A DNA stretch of 64,000 nucleotides, taken from positions 248,001-312,000 of the forward strand of contig NW_015159715.1 in NCBI RefSeq assembly GCF_001447785.1. Reading direction: 5' to 3'. The notes beneath the pieces were generated by a model that was given only the letters and a program-made list of their open reading frames with translations, was not told the origin of the DNA and did no database searches. This DNA is from Gekko japonicus (taxonomy: Eukaryota). Each line of letters begins with the position of its first letter. Within the stretch, counting starts at the first letter, position 1. A program made the translations under genes and the position numbers. Of this stretch, positions 10,991-24,546 are shown piece after piece.

Positions 10991-11767
10991 TGAAGTAAAT
11001 GTATATATGGGTTCATCAGCTAGATATGGTTGCTAACCGCACAATTAATGGCTCTTGTATGTTAGGCAATACATACAAGATCTTATCTTGTCTATGATGA
11101 AAAGAAGAATTTGTACTGCTCAGCATTTTGCCTTTTTTTTTTACAAGCTTTCTTTCCTTTTCTTGCTTTTCTTGTCATTTATATTTAAGAGGACAGGTCT
11201 AAGTCATATATCTGTGTAAAATATTTCTGTCCTGAGCTACAGTTGGCCTTCCTGCAGCCAGTCACACTTATCTCCTGGAAACGCCACTATTTTTCTGCCA
11301 GCTGTACCAAACACTTGTTGGAAATCTCTTTCACCACGGAAAACAATTGTGGTGTGTTACTTCCTTATATATGGCAAGTGGAGAGACATGTGCAATTAGT
11401 GAACTGCAAAAGCAGGCCAGGTCAGCTGATTGTCTCTTCCCCATTTTCCAAGAAGCTCCTGATCAGGACAGAGATCAACCTGTAGTGTTAAATGATTAAT
11501 GGGTTTAAGCCAATGGCACAGCTTCTAAGATTGCCTTTTAATCAGAAGGAGAACACCATAAACACAGCACACTATACTGGGAAACAGGAAAGAAGTCCTG
11601 CAAGGAAAGGGATGGTTTCAAATGGTGTATTTATGTTCTGGGCGATATAGGATTAACATCTTCCAGTGAATCCATTACTGGAGGAACGATACTTATTCAG
11701 GAGTGGCTCTACCCTCCCTGTATCTCGCAGGACAAATATTTGCCCTCTCAAGGAGGAAGTAGACAAT

Positions 11768-12076
11768 AGGTGATTCCACACTAGACCATAAATCCTGGTT
11801 CAACCCGGTCCCCGAACTTACATTCTACACTACACTTGAGTTCATCCCTGTAATTATCTTGCGGTATTTTTACATTCTATACTACACTTGAGTTCACTCC
11901 TGTAATTATCTTGGGGTATTTTTTGTTTTCACATTACGTTGAGGTCACCCTGGTTTCACCCCACACTTGTCACGGGATAAACGGATGCTGTTATAACCAG
12001 GCATAAATGCAAGGTATTGTGTCCTGAGTTGAACTCTGATAAAACCAGGAATGAGATCCAAGTGCAGAAAGGACCA
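11768..12076. mobile_element. Probable PIF/Harbinger-like MITE containing a 52-bp tandem duplication (11818-11921)
   Basis: ggtgattccacactaga / ccaagtgcagaaaggacc degenerate ends; ttacattctac(t)actacacttgagttca..gtattt twice. Confidence 0.5.
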
Positions 12077-12374
12077 TTAAGTGGCAAACTACCTCAGTTT
12101 TTGCCTTGCAGCCCTAATGTGGGGGGATTGGGCTAGGGAAGTAGTCACTGGCAGAAATGGTTAAGGGGAGAAATGCTTAGCGCCTCCTCTGCTTGCTAAT
12201 TATTTCTACAAATGCTCTTCCTGGCAGATTTTAATTATATCCCCAAATCGATTTTGAAACCAGAAGTCGGTGTGGTTCAGAGGGAAATGGCCCTAGGGGA
12301 TGGCATTTGCTGAGGAGGATTGATGATTGTGAAGAAGGCTAAGTACATTCATCTTAAAAATACAGGCTCAGGGC

Positions 12375-12714
12375 TATTATTTATTTTATTTTCAGCATTT
12401 ATATCCCAGTTTTCTGCCCAAGCAGGACCACCAAGTTGACTTTAAATTATTGTAAGCTGCCTTGAGTTCCTGTAAATTAGAAAGGTGGCTAATAAATGTT
12501 TTGAAATAAATAAATAAAATAAATAACAATTAAAACAATAATAAAATAATAATATATAAATAATTAAAACATAAGATCAGAAAGAGAAACCCAAGAAAGA
12601 ATGCCAGATAAAACAAAACAAAAAATCTTCACCTGCTGGAAGAAAACAGTGGTAGAAGAGGACAGACAAATAATCCTGGGGAGGTAGTTCCATAATTTTG
12701 GCATCATTATGGAT
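12375..12714 (-). mobile_element. L2 LINE 3' remnants
   Basis: Minus-strand PKLWNYLPRIICLSSSTTVF..K..F motif and L2-type tails (tgtaagctgccttgag..aataaa). Confidence 0.65.
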
Positions 12715-12719
12715 ATTCT

Positions 12720-14030
12720 TGTCAAGGAATTGAATCTTTCGTTCAATTTCTTGTTCCTTCATTATACACACTCAGGTCTCATATTAATATCTAGGCCTGC
12801 AGATGGGTTGAAGTGATGAAATGGGTGATATCTGGCTGTTGATATTGAAAGGTTGGCAAATCGACCATGTGACAGAAGAAGAAGAAGATGTTGATAAGCT
12901 CGAGCGTGTCCAGAAGAGGGCAACCAGGATGGTGAGAGGGTTGGAATCCAAGTCTTATGAGGAAAGGCTGAAAAAGTTGGGTATGTTTAGCCTGGGAAAG
13001 AGAAGGCTTAGAGGGGACATGATTGCAGTCTTTAAGTATTTGAAGGGCTGTCATGTAGAAAATGGAGCGGATCTATTCTCTCTTGCTCTGGATTGCAAGA
13101 CTAGATCTAACGGGTGGAAATTACAAGGGAGTCGTTACGGGCTAAATATCAGGAGAAACTTCCTAACTGTAAGAGTGGTTGAGCAGTGGAACAGACTGCC
13201 TCGGGAGGTGGTAGATGCTCCTTCCCTGGACGTTTTCAAGATGAGGCTGGATGACCATCTTTCGGGTATGTTGTAGGGCTATCTTTCCATCTTTTGGGTA
13301 TCTTGTAGGGCTATCTTTCAGCTATGCTCCTGCATAGGGCCATCTGTTGTAACAGGTTCATGTCAACATAACTTCAATGGTCTGATTTTTGTTTGGACCT
13401 TAAAAAGTTAGTTTTTCTGTTCTTTGTTCTTAGCTAGATACAGCTATCATGAGGTCTGATGAGATAACCTTGGAATGGACCAGGATCTTGCCTGGCAAGA
13501 TGCTCTCTGGACAGAGAGATATAGATTGCTGCCTTACTTCAACCCAGAAGGGTAACATCTGGTTACTATGAATGAATGACCTAATATGAAGCTAGTATAT
13601 TAATTGTAGGGTTTTTTGTTTTAGTTCTCACTCGTATATTAATTGTAGGGTTTTTTGTTTTACCTCTCACCGCTAATGTTATTCTGAAATATTCTTGCAC
13701 ATTTTAATAAATATCCTTTGATAAACTTGGTGTTTTGCACTTCAGGTGCCTCAATCTTATTCCAATACCAGGAATTATTAAGAGTCCACGTACCAGGTTA
13801 ATTGTTGTGGAAACTCATTCTGTGAGTGTTCTACCTTGCAGGGCTGACTTTCTTGATTAACCCCAGTAAGATTAGAAGTTTGCCTCTTAGCTTCTGTCTG
13901 TGCGGATAGTCCAAGGGGCTGGTGGCAGACACCAAAAATTGTGAGTGTGTGGATACACACCCCAGGGTTTTTGTAATTTTGTGCTCTGATGGCCAGTACC
14001 AAGAATCCCTTGGATTAGAGATCCTTGACA
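12720..14030 (+). mobile_element. Solo LTR (Gypsy or ERV) interrupted by a CR1
   Basis: 9-bp terminal inverted repeat TGTCAAGGA / TCCTTGACA; 5-bp TSD attct/atgct; AATAAA near 13707. Confidence 0.8.
12886..13340 (+). mobile_element. CR1 LINE 3' end (ORF2 C-terminus), nested in solo LTR
   Basis: DVDKLERVQKRATRMVRGLESKSYEERLKKLGMFSLGKRRLRGDMIAVFKYLKG..WNRLPREVVDAPSLDVFKMRLDDHL. Confidence 0.97.
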
Positions 14031-15140
14031 ATGCTTAGATAATAGAATTCCATTTTCCGAACTGAAGGAAAAGAGAAGTTATATTATTGCATGTTCCCAG
14101 ATGGAAATGTTTCTTATCATTGTGCGTTTCCCATGGCTGAGTCCAAATGCTTAGGAGGGTCAGGCCCTGCTTCCTTCCTCTATCCCTCCCACACACACAC
14201 ATTGGTGTGGCTGTTCAGCATGCACAGCACATGCTTTTCAGGTGTGGCCCTCCTCCTTCAGTAGCTGTAGCAAAGGGCAGGGTCACAAACAGTTCTCACG
14301 CACTGTGCCATCATCCATAGTTCAGGTAAAAAGTTCATCCTAGAACACAAGCAAAGTATGTTTAGACAACCCACACCTTGCCAGACTTAGTAAATATACT
14401 GTTAATTGTTTAACTAGTTCATGTTTTGTAGGCCACAAGTCCTGGCTTTGACAGCAAAGGCCTGGTGAAAAATTAAACAGTTCTTCTAAAATGTAATAAT
14501 ACTGGGTCCTGCGGAGAAACTGGGCAGGCAGCAGCCTCCTCAAAGACATCCACACCAATTAGCAGCAGGTCACGTGACTGTCTGAGCGGAAAGGTACATC
14601 AGCTATCTGGCAGCTGAATGGACTTAGAACTAGTCAAAGGTGTCAAATCCACATCCTTGGTGACTGAAGTCCTCTTCCCCAGACGCACATCCCAGCCTCT
14701 TTGCAACATGACTGCTGCGTGCCTCTTTTTACAAAGGTCATGCCAATACTGAGGAAGCCATTCTCTTAAACAGCCCTTGTCACCATAGCGCCTGAGTGAT
14801 TCATAACCTTTCCTTTCCTTTCAACCCTAGAAGCTCATAGATATATCATCCTGAGCAGCAGAAAATTTCTAGCTATTGTATTTGGAACCCAAACAACTGA
14901 TACACATTTAGACACACCCAATGTAATTTTCAGGCCATTATCTTCGAGTAAAAAGAAAACACTTTCTGAGGAGTACGGAGGTAAGTGGTTGCTTAATAGG
15001 GGCATAATACAGTGGTTCCTGAGAGTCACAAGCATAGGGCACTCAAGCAAATTGTGGAAAGGTGTAGTGATCATTTGAATTCTATGCTCAATACCAATTT
15101 CTGCAGTGGTGCAATTTGTGGTGGTGCAGGAGGCCTCATA

Positions 15141-15900
15141 AGAACATAAGACGAACCCTGCTGGATCATACCAGTGTAGGGTTGCCAACTTCCTGGTGGT
15201 GGCTGGAGATCTCCTGATATTACAACTGATCTGCAGGCAACAATGATCAGTTCACCTGGAGAAAATGGCCTCTTTGGAAGGGGGATTCTATGGCATTATA
15301 CCCCATTGAAGCCCTTCCTTTGCCCAAACTACACCCTCCTCAGGCTCCATTTAGTCCAGCATCCTATCTCGCACAGTGGCTAACCAGTTACTCTGGAGGG
15401 CCAACAACAGTTCATAGAGGCCAAGGCCTTCCCCTGATATTGCCTCCTGGCTCTGGGATTCAGAGGTTTACTGCCTCTGAAGGTGGAGGTTCCCTTTAGT
15501 CACCATGGCTAGTAGCCACCTATCCTCCATGAATCTATCTAATCCCCTTTTAAAGCTGACTATGTCTGTGGCATTATATCCTCTGGCAGCAAATTCCACA
15601 TTTTAATCACTCTCTGTGTAAAGAAGAATTTCCTTTTGTCCATCTTGAATCTACTGCTCATCAGCTTCATTGTGTTCCCTAGAGTTCTAGCATTTTGGGA
15701 GAGGGAGAAAAAATTATCTTTGTCAACTCTGTCCACCCTATGCATAATTTTATAAACCTCTATTGTGTCCCCCCGCCTTACAAGTCTCCTTTGTAAACTG
15801 TAAAGTCCCAGACTCTTCAGTCTTTCCTCATAGGGAAGGTCTCCAGCCCTCTAATCATATTGGTTGCCCAACTCTGTACTTTTTCCAGCTCTGCAATAGA
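15141..15900 (-). mobile_element. CR1 LINE 3' end, interrupted by a TAGGGTTGCCA-family hAT fragment (15177-15346)
   Basis: Minus-strand FFSLSQNARTLGNTMKL..KRKFFFTQRVIKMWNLLPED; agaacataag tail; UTR resumes after the insert. Confidence 0.9.
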
Positions 15901-15974
15901 TGACATTATGTCCTTCCCAGGGACATCCCCTGGTTGCCTCAAGAGGCTTCGTTTGGAGTTCTGTGCTTTCCAAG

Positions 15975-16350
15975 TATTTATTTATTTTCATTTTCTTTTC
16001 TTTTATTGGACTTGTATCCCGCCCTCCCCGCAAGCAGGCTCAGGGTGGGTTCCATCAGTATTAATACAATATATAATACAATTAAAAACAACTTTAAAAC
16101 AACAGATTAAGACAACATAGATCATAAAATACCGTGTAAAATTTAGTCAGATGTCTCAGCAATTCAGACGTGACAGAAGTATGGGTTCCTAGATGGCTAT
16201 TCAGATCCAGGCCACAGATGGGAGATTAACCGGAGGGAGGGGGCATCTGCTGCTTCAACCAAAAGCCCAGTGGAAGAGCTCCATTGTACAAGCTCTGTGG
16301 AATTGTAATAAATCCTGCAGGGGCCTGATCTGTAATAAATCCTGCAGGTC
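15975..16350 (-). mobile_element. L2 LINE 3' end
   Basis: ttattggacttgtatcccgccctcccc..ggctcagggtgg tail; aaccaaaagcccagtggaagagctcc..gctctgtggaa. Confidence 0.65.
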
Positions 16351-17927
16351 TAACTCAATTGGGGACCACAGCACACAAAGAGAGGGAGATTACACTTTCC
16401 CCCTGACTCATTTTCTCAGTCTGAAACAGCACCAGGGGATGCTACATGCCCTGCAGTACAAACGTAGCATGTTGCACATCAGCACACATGCAAACCCCAG
16501 TGGGGCAAATAGTGCCCTCCCCCCCGGTTCAAGAAAATGGAATGTGGGAAATCAAAGCTCTCACTCTCCACATGCTGCGGTCCCCACCCTACTTTCAGGT
16601 GCCTATGCCTGACAAGCAGGGAACTTCAGAACATGCTTTCCTACCCAATCTAGAGGCTTCCCTGGGGGAGAACGTAATGTGTAGCTAGGCCCTTATAGGT
16701 TTTGCCTTATCAAAAGATCCAATAGTCTGAGGGATATGTGGAGCACTATTCTCCATACATTGACTTTCCCTTTTGCTGAGGCTGCTTTGAGCAACCCCAC
16801 AATAAAGAGAAAAGAGCTGAGCAATATACCAAAATCTAGTGATGAGTTTGTCCTTTCTTAGTAAAACAGCTTTATTATTCCAAAGGATTTTTAGTCAAGC
16901 TAGTTTGAGAACATGCCAATGGAAAATACCTGGTGACTTGGTTCATCCACTCCATAAAACCACTTGCGTGAGCCAACATGTTCTCTCTCCGTCTGTACTC
17001 ATTTGAATGTGGTCAAATTGATGTGTGGGATGGCCGGAATGTTTTTGCTGCCTGGGGGGGGGGGACTGAAGAGTGGAGCTCTGTGCCTTCCTCCATACAT
17101 TTTGAACTTTATTTCCTGAACTATCGGGGTTACCAAAGGTAAAACTTGGAGACAGCACACAGAAAGAATGTAACAAAACCTAACGAGAGCCATAAACACA
17201 TCACACTTAAAAGAATTATATCATGACTCAGATTTCATTCATATGGAAAATTCCCAGTTTACCGTGACATGGGAGGAAATCAACTACTGGAAGCCTGAGC
17301 ATGATAAATCTGGTGATGGTTTTCCAGTTTAGGTTGCCAGACAAGTACCTTCATCTGATTGCAGGCATCAGGAAAACGGGAAAAGGCTGTTTTGACTTCA
17401 CCTAGATGAGCTGTGAAATAGGCACCCGTGGATCTTTGCCCCACCTCACTCAGTCAATTCTGACCTTTCTTCAAAGAGTTTAAGATGGCACACATTGTAC
17501 TGTATTTATCTCCACAACAACCCTGTGAGGTAGGTGAGGCTCAGAGTGAGAATGACTGCCCCCATTTAGCTTTTTGGCAGAGTCACGATTTGGCAGTCTA
17601 ACTATTGCACCATAAAACAGTGCCAAACACTTCAAAATATGAACAGAAGTAGACCAACAGATGCTTTCAATGTTGCTGCAGCAAGGAAAACATATGCCTT
17701 TGCATTGAGTGAATCCTTATTAGCTTGCCAAGAGTTTCCACAGCTGAAGTTGGGTCTTCCATCATACTCTTCAGTAGCAACATCTCTTTTTCTTTGTTGT
17801 TCCCCTTTCCCTTTTTATTGAAGTCTGTGCTGAGAAAAAAATTATGTAAAATTCCAAAGCACCTGACTGTTTTTAATTGGTCCTAATAAAGATTTTACCC
17901 ATCTTTTTTTTTTTTTTTAGCGTGGGT

Positions 17928-18035
17928 ATGCAGAGGCAGGCAATGGCGAACCACCTCTGTTAGTCTCTTCCCATGAAAACCCTACAGGGTTGCCATAAGT
18001 CATTTGTTACCTGATGGCACTTTCTGCCACCACTG
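17928..18035 (+). mobile_element. RTE-related SINE tail (5S-Sauria-like 3' part)
   Basis: gcagaggcaggcaatggcgaaccacctctgttagtctct..gaaaaccc..gccataagtc. Confidence 0.7.
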
Positions 18036-18634
18036 AAGTTCAGTAACTATAGAATTGTCTTTCAGAACAGCTCAGTCAAGTCCATCTTTTCCCATCCATA
18101 CTTGCTCTCAGTCGGCTTCTGAGCCCCATTCAAGGTGCTGGTATTGATACCAGCAGTTTATATCTGCTTTGGAGAATGCTGATATGAGCTAGGAGGATCC
18201 AGAAGTGGAGGCACATGACAAGCTTGTGCTACCTAACAATGGCACTCTGTCTAAGGGAACATACCCTCAGCTCCAATTGATTTTAATGCATCAGCGAAAC
18301 CTTATCTCCAGTATATTAGCATTGCTGATATACGGACTACTACATTCCGTGTGTTGCAGTTAGTGCTAGAGACAGCACTGAATGTTTTCTGGCTTTTGTA
18401 TTCTTCAAAGGAGAGCAGACAGACTTCTTTGTCCCAGTATGTTTTGCTGCAACCTGAGATCCTTTGCTAATTCAATCCATCTTCAAAACAGATTTCTGGA
18501 TCCCCAGTTTAAGACACTCAGATATTACAGACTGGGCTTCCATGGTGCACTTTACCCAACAAATTATCCCTATTTATTATCATTTATGAAAGAGTCTTAT
18601 GAAACTGGGGCTATTGGAATGGGTCCTAGTAAAG

Positions 18635-19559
18635 CAGGGGTGTCAAACATAAGGCCCGGGAGCTGCAACCAGCCTGTCTAGGGCTGTTATGTGGCCCATG
18701 AGCAACTGGTGCAAGGGAGGGAACAGGAGTGGGGGGGAAGCCACTGCAATTGTGGCTTCAGCACAGCGAGACAACCTTATCTGCAGGAGTCAAGCAGAAC
18801 CCCTTCACTTCAGGGACTGGTAAGATGGGAGCTACTGCAGCCACATCCATACCTCTCCACTCGGTTTACAGCTCCAGGGATGTTATCCCAGATGGCTGCA
18901 GGGATCAGTGTTTGCACATGGGGTGTGTGTGTGCAGACAATCCTCTGTTGGGGTAGGGGAGTATCTGCTTAGTGATGCACTGATGGCTCTCCAGTCCACC
19001 CGTGTGGGTTGTCCTCTGCACCCCTCTCCCAGCCCATGGGGCCTTGCGGTGAGGACACACCAACTCGGAGCTTACCAGTTGCTGTCCTTTATAAAGTTTA
19101 TATCTCCAGTACCCAGCCTGACATTTTGTGGCATACATGGCCCAGCCTGACAAAGTGACATGTATGTCAGATTCGGCCCTCACTAAATAAATTACACAGA
19201 AGTAAATTGATCTTGAATAATGATGATTTTCATGAAGAATTCTTTATATTTTCAACAGGTGAACAGGTAGACAAGACGAACTTCTCGAGTGAAAGCTCGT
19301 TTCGAGTAGTCTTTCTCAAATGAGTTCCAATATTACATCCATGTGTATCAAATCCGACAATAAAAGTCTTTGAATCAAACGATCTCCTTCACCCAGCTAT
19401 ATAGCTACACAAAAACATTTCCGATGGACAGATCTTCATGAAAATCATCATTATTCAAGATCAATTTACTTCTGTGTAATTTATTTACTGTGTGCACGTT
19501 TGCAGCAATTTCTTGTTCATGAGATTCGGCCCTCACAACAAATGAGTTCAACACCTCTG
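18635..19559. mobile_element. Non-autonomous hAT (Charlie-like) transposon with nested insertion
   Basis: TIR CAGGGGTGTCAAAC / GTTCAACACCTCTG; 8-bp TSD tagtaaag/tagtagag. Confidence 0.88.
19184..19521. mobile_element. Penelope-like non-autonomous insertion with perfect 55-bp inverted repeat
   Basis: 15-bp TSD agattcggccctcac (19169-19183, 19522-19536); arms 19184-19238 / 19433-19487; minus-strand ttgagaaag..cgaaac degenerate hammerhead-like motif. Confidence 0.7.
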
Positions 19560-20115
19560 TAGTAGAGAAATTAAACTACTGTTGTCAAATCAAAAGAGAG
19601 AACGACTGAACTTGGTGAGATTTTTCACATGAAGAAACAGAAGGCAAGCTCACCAGTACTGTAAAAAATGGGATGATACATTGTCTCCTAAACGCAGGAC
19701 TATCTTTGTCCAAGGTCAGCCAAACTCCTTCTTAGGATGAAGGCAGGGTCCCTCTCTTTCTTTGTCCATGAAATATAATATGGAAGATGCTCAAGTCTTG
19801 ATTTTATCTCACATCCAGAGTAACCAGGCTGAATGCATTTGGAGGCTCAATTCTCCACTGGCCAAATAAGCCCTAGAATCCCCCAGAGTTTGTGGTAAAC
19901 TGATGACATACATTAGACAAATTCATGGATTGAAGGAATCTGAAGAGCAATTGGCTAAAAAGATCAGAATTCGAATTCTTGTCTTTGGGGATGCCCTAAG
20001 CCTTTAGGTTATAATAAATTGGAAGAGAATTACAGGAAGTTGAGGTCATGCTCCCTCTGTTGTGGAGTCTTGTGAGGAAAAAGCTCTACTTTCTGATCTG
20101 CTGGCATTAAAGTTG

Positions 20116-20250
20116 TGAGTGAGTGATTTGGCTACTACATAAATTCGTTTGCTCTGGAGCCATCCTTCCTGAGCTAAGAAAAAATGTGTGAGCCAGAGAC
20201 AAAAAAACCCGTGAGCTAGCTCACACTAACTCAGCTTAGAAGGAACACTG
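20116..20250. mobile_element. hAT (Tip100-like) element terminal fragment
   Basis: Ends ctcagcttagaaggaacactg (reverse complement of CAGTGTTCC-type TIR); tgtgagc subterminal repeats. Confidence 0.7.
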
Positions 20251-23000
20251 GTCTACACTACTGTCCTGTGCATGAGTTACACATTGGAAGCAACTGCAAC
20301 CAGCCACTTCCAGAGAAAGGATATTGCTTTAGAAGAAATTGTAGGATGTTTTCACAAGTGATGCTGAAATATACTGTTCTGTTTTTCATGTGTACAATTT
20401 GAACAAAAATACTACACTGGCTAGAATCTATTTAGGATTTTAAATGTCTTTATTCTACTTTCTGTCTTACAGTAACAAAGATGTGCCCCAAACCAACTTC
20501 TGTACATTGTAGCAGATGCACACACACGGCACAGGTAAGTTTCCTGTGACTATATCTTGTCCAATGGTTTTGTAAATGTCACATCAGACTGAAAAATTGC
20601 TTTAGAACTTTGGATTGTTCATGACATCGGGGTTTATAGAGTTTCCGAACATTTATTACTTGACCTCTCATATCAAAATACCTGTGAGAGAGAACAAAGG
20701 CATTTCTTCATTCTCTTGTAAAGCTGAAGAATGCTTACAAGAACAACATGTGAAGGGTTCATCTCCTTGTAAAGAAACATGAAGTAACTACAGAGTTATC
20801 TAAGAAAGTGCTTAGCATCAAATAAGGCTATGGAATTTACTGTGTGTCAGAAATGAGTATAAAGTAATGTATTGAAATCCACAGCACAGCATGACTTCCT
20901 TTCTCTTAAACACGCATATGAAATTCACATATAAGAAAAGTAATTCTGTTGTTTTCTATTCTACTGCATTTGATTGATTATACAGTGGATGGGTTGAAAT
21001 ACTTATTACTAATAATAACAGCAGTAGTTACACTCAGATAAATTGTACTAAGTGGGGGGGAAATAATGCTGGCATGTTACAATCTAAAAGCAAGACATAA
21101 AAATATATTTTGAGGTTAATAACCTGTGGGTGAAATAGTACTCATGGCTAATCAGTGTATATTAGAATATATGCTGATAATTCTCTAGTACTTTGCATGG
21201 TTCTATGATTCTAAAGGAAGGGAATGATGGAGGAATTTCAGATGTTACAGCGAACCACTGAATATTTTTTTCTTCACAGAAAAACAGCCTCCTTTATACA
21301 TGAGATAAAGAAAGTGGGCTATGCTTATAGCATGTTATTGATTTCTTTTTAAAATATTCTATATTCTTTGTTTTTAAAAACTCAAATGGAAGCTCAGTAT
21401 GGAGAAGCACATGGCTAAAGATAGACATTGGGTATAACAGCATAAAAAGCTGTCAACCTGTAACAGGAACAAAAGATACGAGACATGCTGCAGCCCCACA
21501 GTATTATCTGAAATGATGGTAGAAGCACATTGGAGTGACAGCCAGTGTCATGAACCAGGATTGGGAATGAGAAGGATAGAGGAAAGAAAGAAAGTTGTGA
21601 TTCACTCACACGGACAAAACCGAAAGAACAGATGAGGTCACCCAGAAGTCAACATACAGAACTGCTTACTACATCCTCATTCTTTCTGGCCTTCTAGATA
21701 CTTGTTGTTGACTCTTTATTATTTCTAAAGCTTAAAGTCAGGCATGCATAATGTGTTATCAGCTCTGAAGCTGTCTACCAAGGGTGTATTAGGCCCTGCC
21801 TCATGTTTTTATGGTCCCCAAATAAGAAGGTTACTAAGTTTCTGCTGGGCCACCATACATACCTGGTGGGCTGTGTTGGCCTTGGTGGATCACAGGTAGT
21901 TCAGGCCGGCTCCAGGAGATTCATAATCCTTATCTAACTTATCCTGAAAATAGGTCACTGTTTACATTTTGATGTGAAAAAATACAAATTGACAAAGATC
22001 CAAACACGAGGAAGCAGGAGAAACTCATGCAAACAGAACACCCTTGCCAATCTAGCAGCTCCCAGACTGCCATAAAAATTTCCTGAGGTCAGGAATCTCT
22101 CATGAACAAAGTCCATGTGGATGGGAAGGGAGAAGGAGAAGCTGGGCAAAATTATATCCCTTCCACCAGGGTGGGTGATTTTGCCAGGTTTTGCCTCCTC
22201 ACTACAGTTCTGTAGTGCATGGTATTTTGTTAATGAGGGTCCTCTGACAGCATAGACTTACTGGGACAGAGAAATGGAAGGTGGATAAGATCTGCTTGCA
22301 AGTTTGCTACACAAATTGAGCATACTCATTATAAGTTGCATATTTCTTTTAATAATATTAAGTTGCCTGGCACACCGGACTCATGGTCTGTATATATGTA
22401 CTGTTCAAGTACTGAATAATTTTAATCCCGTTTGTTATCTTCAAAAATGTCCTCTCATTTTTATACAACTAGGTCAATATTACATCAGACTTACAGGTCT
22501 CTCCTCTACAGATTCAAAACTCAATGGATAAGATATGCTAGCTCAATTCCAACCAAACAGTCAGACCACTATTGTTATTAGGGGAAACAAGATATGTTAT
22601 CTTTACATAGTCTGAGTGAATTGGAAGCACGCTATTTGCTGTGTGGGACACAGAAAGCTTTTGACAGTAAGAATAGTTATTCACCATATATGGTATCTTT
22701 ACATTCTCCTCACCAGTCTAGCTTGTATTTTGTATCTTCTGGACAAATCCATACTGGCCCAGCAGGCATTGTGCCAGAAGAATCCTCTGTTTGCAGTGGA
22801 GCTTAAGAACATTTACTCATCTGAATTATTTGTTAAATCACAAATTCACACAAAGTGAAACATAGCAATCAGTGTCATTGCATCACCTCCGAAGTACTGC
22901 TTTTTCAAAGGCAGATAACTCCTGTCCAACCATTAACCGAAGAACAACCAAAGATGAAGCAAGACATTTTGGAACCTGTAGCAGAAAAGCCAAAGTGCTA

Positions 23001-23068
<68 letters not shown>
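23001..23068. repeat. (TAC)n microsatellite
   Basis: Direct read. Confidence 1.
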
Positions 23069-23192
23069 ATAATATATAGTGCATCCAGACATATTCTATC
23101 AAGCAGATACTTTGAGGAATTTTGTATTTTTTAACATTTATTGCTGGGGCAGTGTAATTTCTCCAGCTAGCTGTGCCATTATTGAGTAGCGT

Positions 23193-23340
23193 CTGGAAAC
23201 CAGTGTGATTAACTGGTTGGATTCAAATCCCCACTCAGCTATGATGGTCAGTGGGTGACATTGTAGTTGTTGGTCTTTCTCTCACTCTAACATCCCTCAC
23301 ATGAGTTGTTGTGAGGATAAGACAGAGGAGAAGAAAATTG
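23193..23340 (+). mobile_element. Decayed tRNA-derived MIR-like SINE
   Basis: ccagtgtg..ttcaaatccccactcagc..gggtgac..cctcacatgagttgttgtgaggataa. Confidence 0.7.
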
Positions 23341-24546
23341 CAATCTTAGTCCCTTGTAAGTTAAAATGAGATTAAAAAAATTCTTAGACAGGAATATGGT
23401 TGTATGAACTCTACAGGTGAGCATCATTGGAGCTGGTGACATCACCAGTGATGAGCAATGTAACTTCTTGCTCTTATGGTTTGGCTCTAACAGTAGCACT
23501 CAGTTTGCAAAGATAAAAATCACTGAAGAGATTAAATTGGCTAGCATTAAGACAATATGTGAAGTCCTTTATCAAACACACATCCATTTCACTTCCATGC
23601 TGTGATCACATGCGCCAGTAGAGCTGACATAGGCGTGAATGCCCAACAGATCTGAAGGGCACGATCAGACAGCAACATCTGGGAAGTGTCCCACAGTCAT
23701 TGGCGACCCGTGCTGTTCTGCTGCAGGAGCAGAGTAAAAAGACACCAGAGAAAATCTAGTAGTAAACAGTTTGCAATGGACCACAGACGGACTTCCCCCT
23801 GTCTGGTTGCGCAACCATGCATGCATGCCGTTGGGATGGTCTGATCAGGCCGTCCCAGCTCTGTGCCATCCCCCCGCCCTTCACAGTATGCGCATCATCA
23901 CATACCCATAGGGGGCCCTCGGTGCGGAGGTGCAATTCCTCATCTATGCGCATGGGAAACAAATTGCAAAAAAACCCCAACTCACCTGCAGTTGTGTCTG
24001 ATCACACAGTGACGGGCTGAGCCCACCGCTACGAAATGAGGCGTGTTCTACGAAGGGAGGTGTGATCTCGCAACTGCGGGTCAAATTCATATGGAAGGAA
24101 TAGCCTCAACGGACGTGTGTGGCCGCAACCTCAGTTATTCAGGCTAAACATTTGCAGATCCTCATGCACCAAACATCAATATGTCTTTATAAAATAAAAG
24201 TATGGAAGGAACAGCAGCACAGTCTCCTTCAAACCCCTTTACCTGATCCAAGAGGAAGGCTGTCTCCATCCCACAGAAGGCTTGTCCCGCATAGGTCATG
24301 CTGTTACACTTGAATGGATGTTTGCAGTCTATCCTGCAAATTCTAAGATGACATAGAGCTAGGCTTTAAACTAGGATAAGTCTGCGAGACAGAGGTTGCC
24401 TCTGGGAGAAGAAAGAAACAATTATTTTCTCAAATGTTTTAAATCTCAAAATTCACAGTTGTCCTTTATGGCAGCAGTAAAAATGCACAAATTGACCATG
24501 TAAAGGAAACGTTAGGACACCAGTAGCTTCGAAATTTGCATTGCTG

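Noticed and set aside
22855-23079. Poly-Thr / poly-Tyr ORFs
   Set aside because: Artefact of the (TAC)n microsatellite
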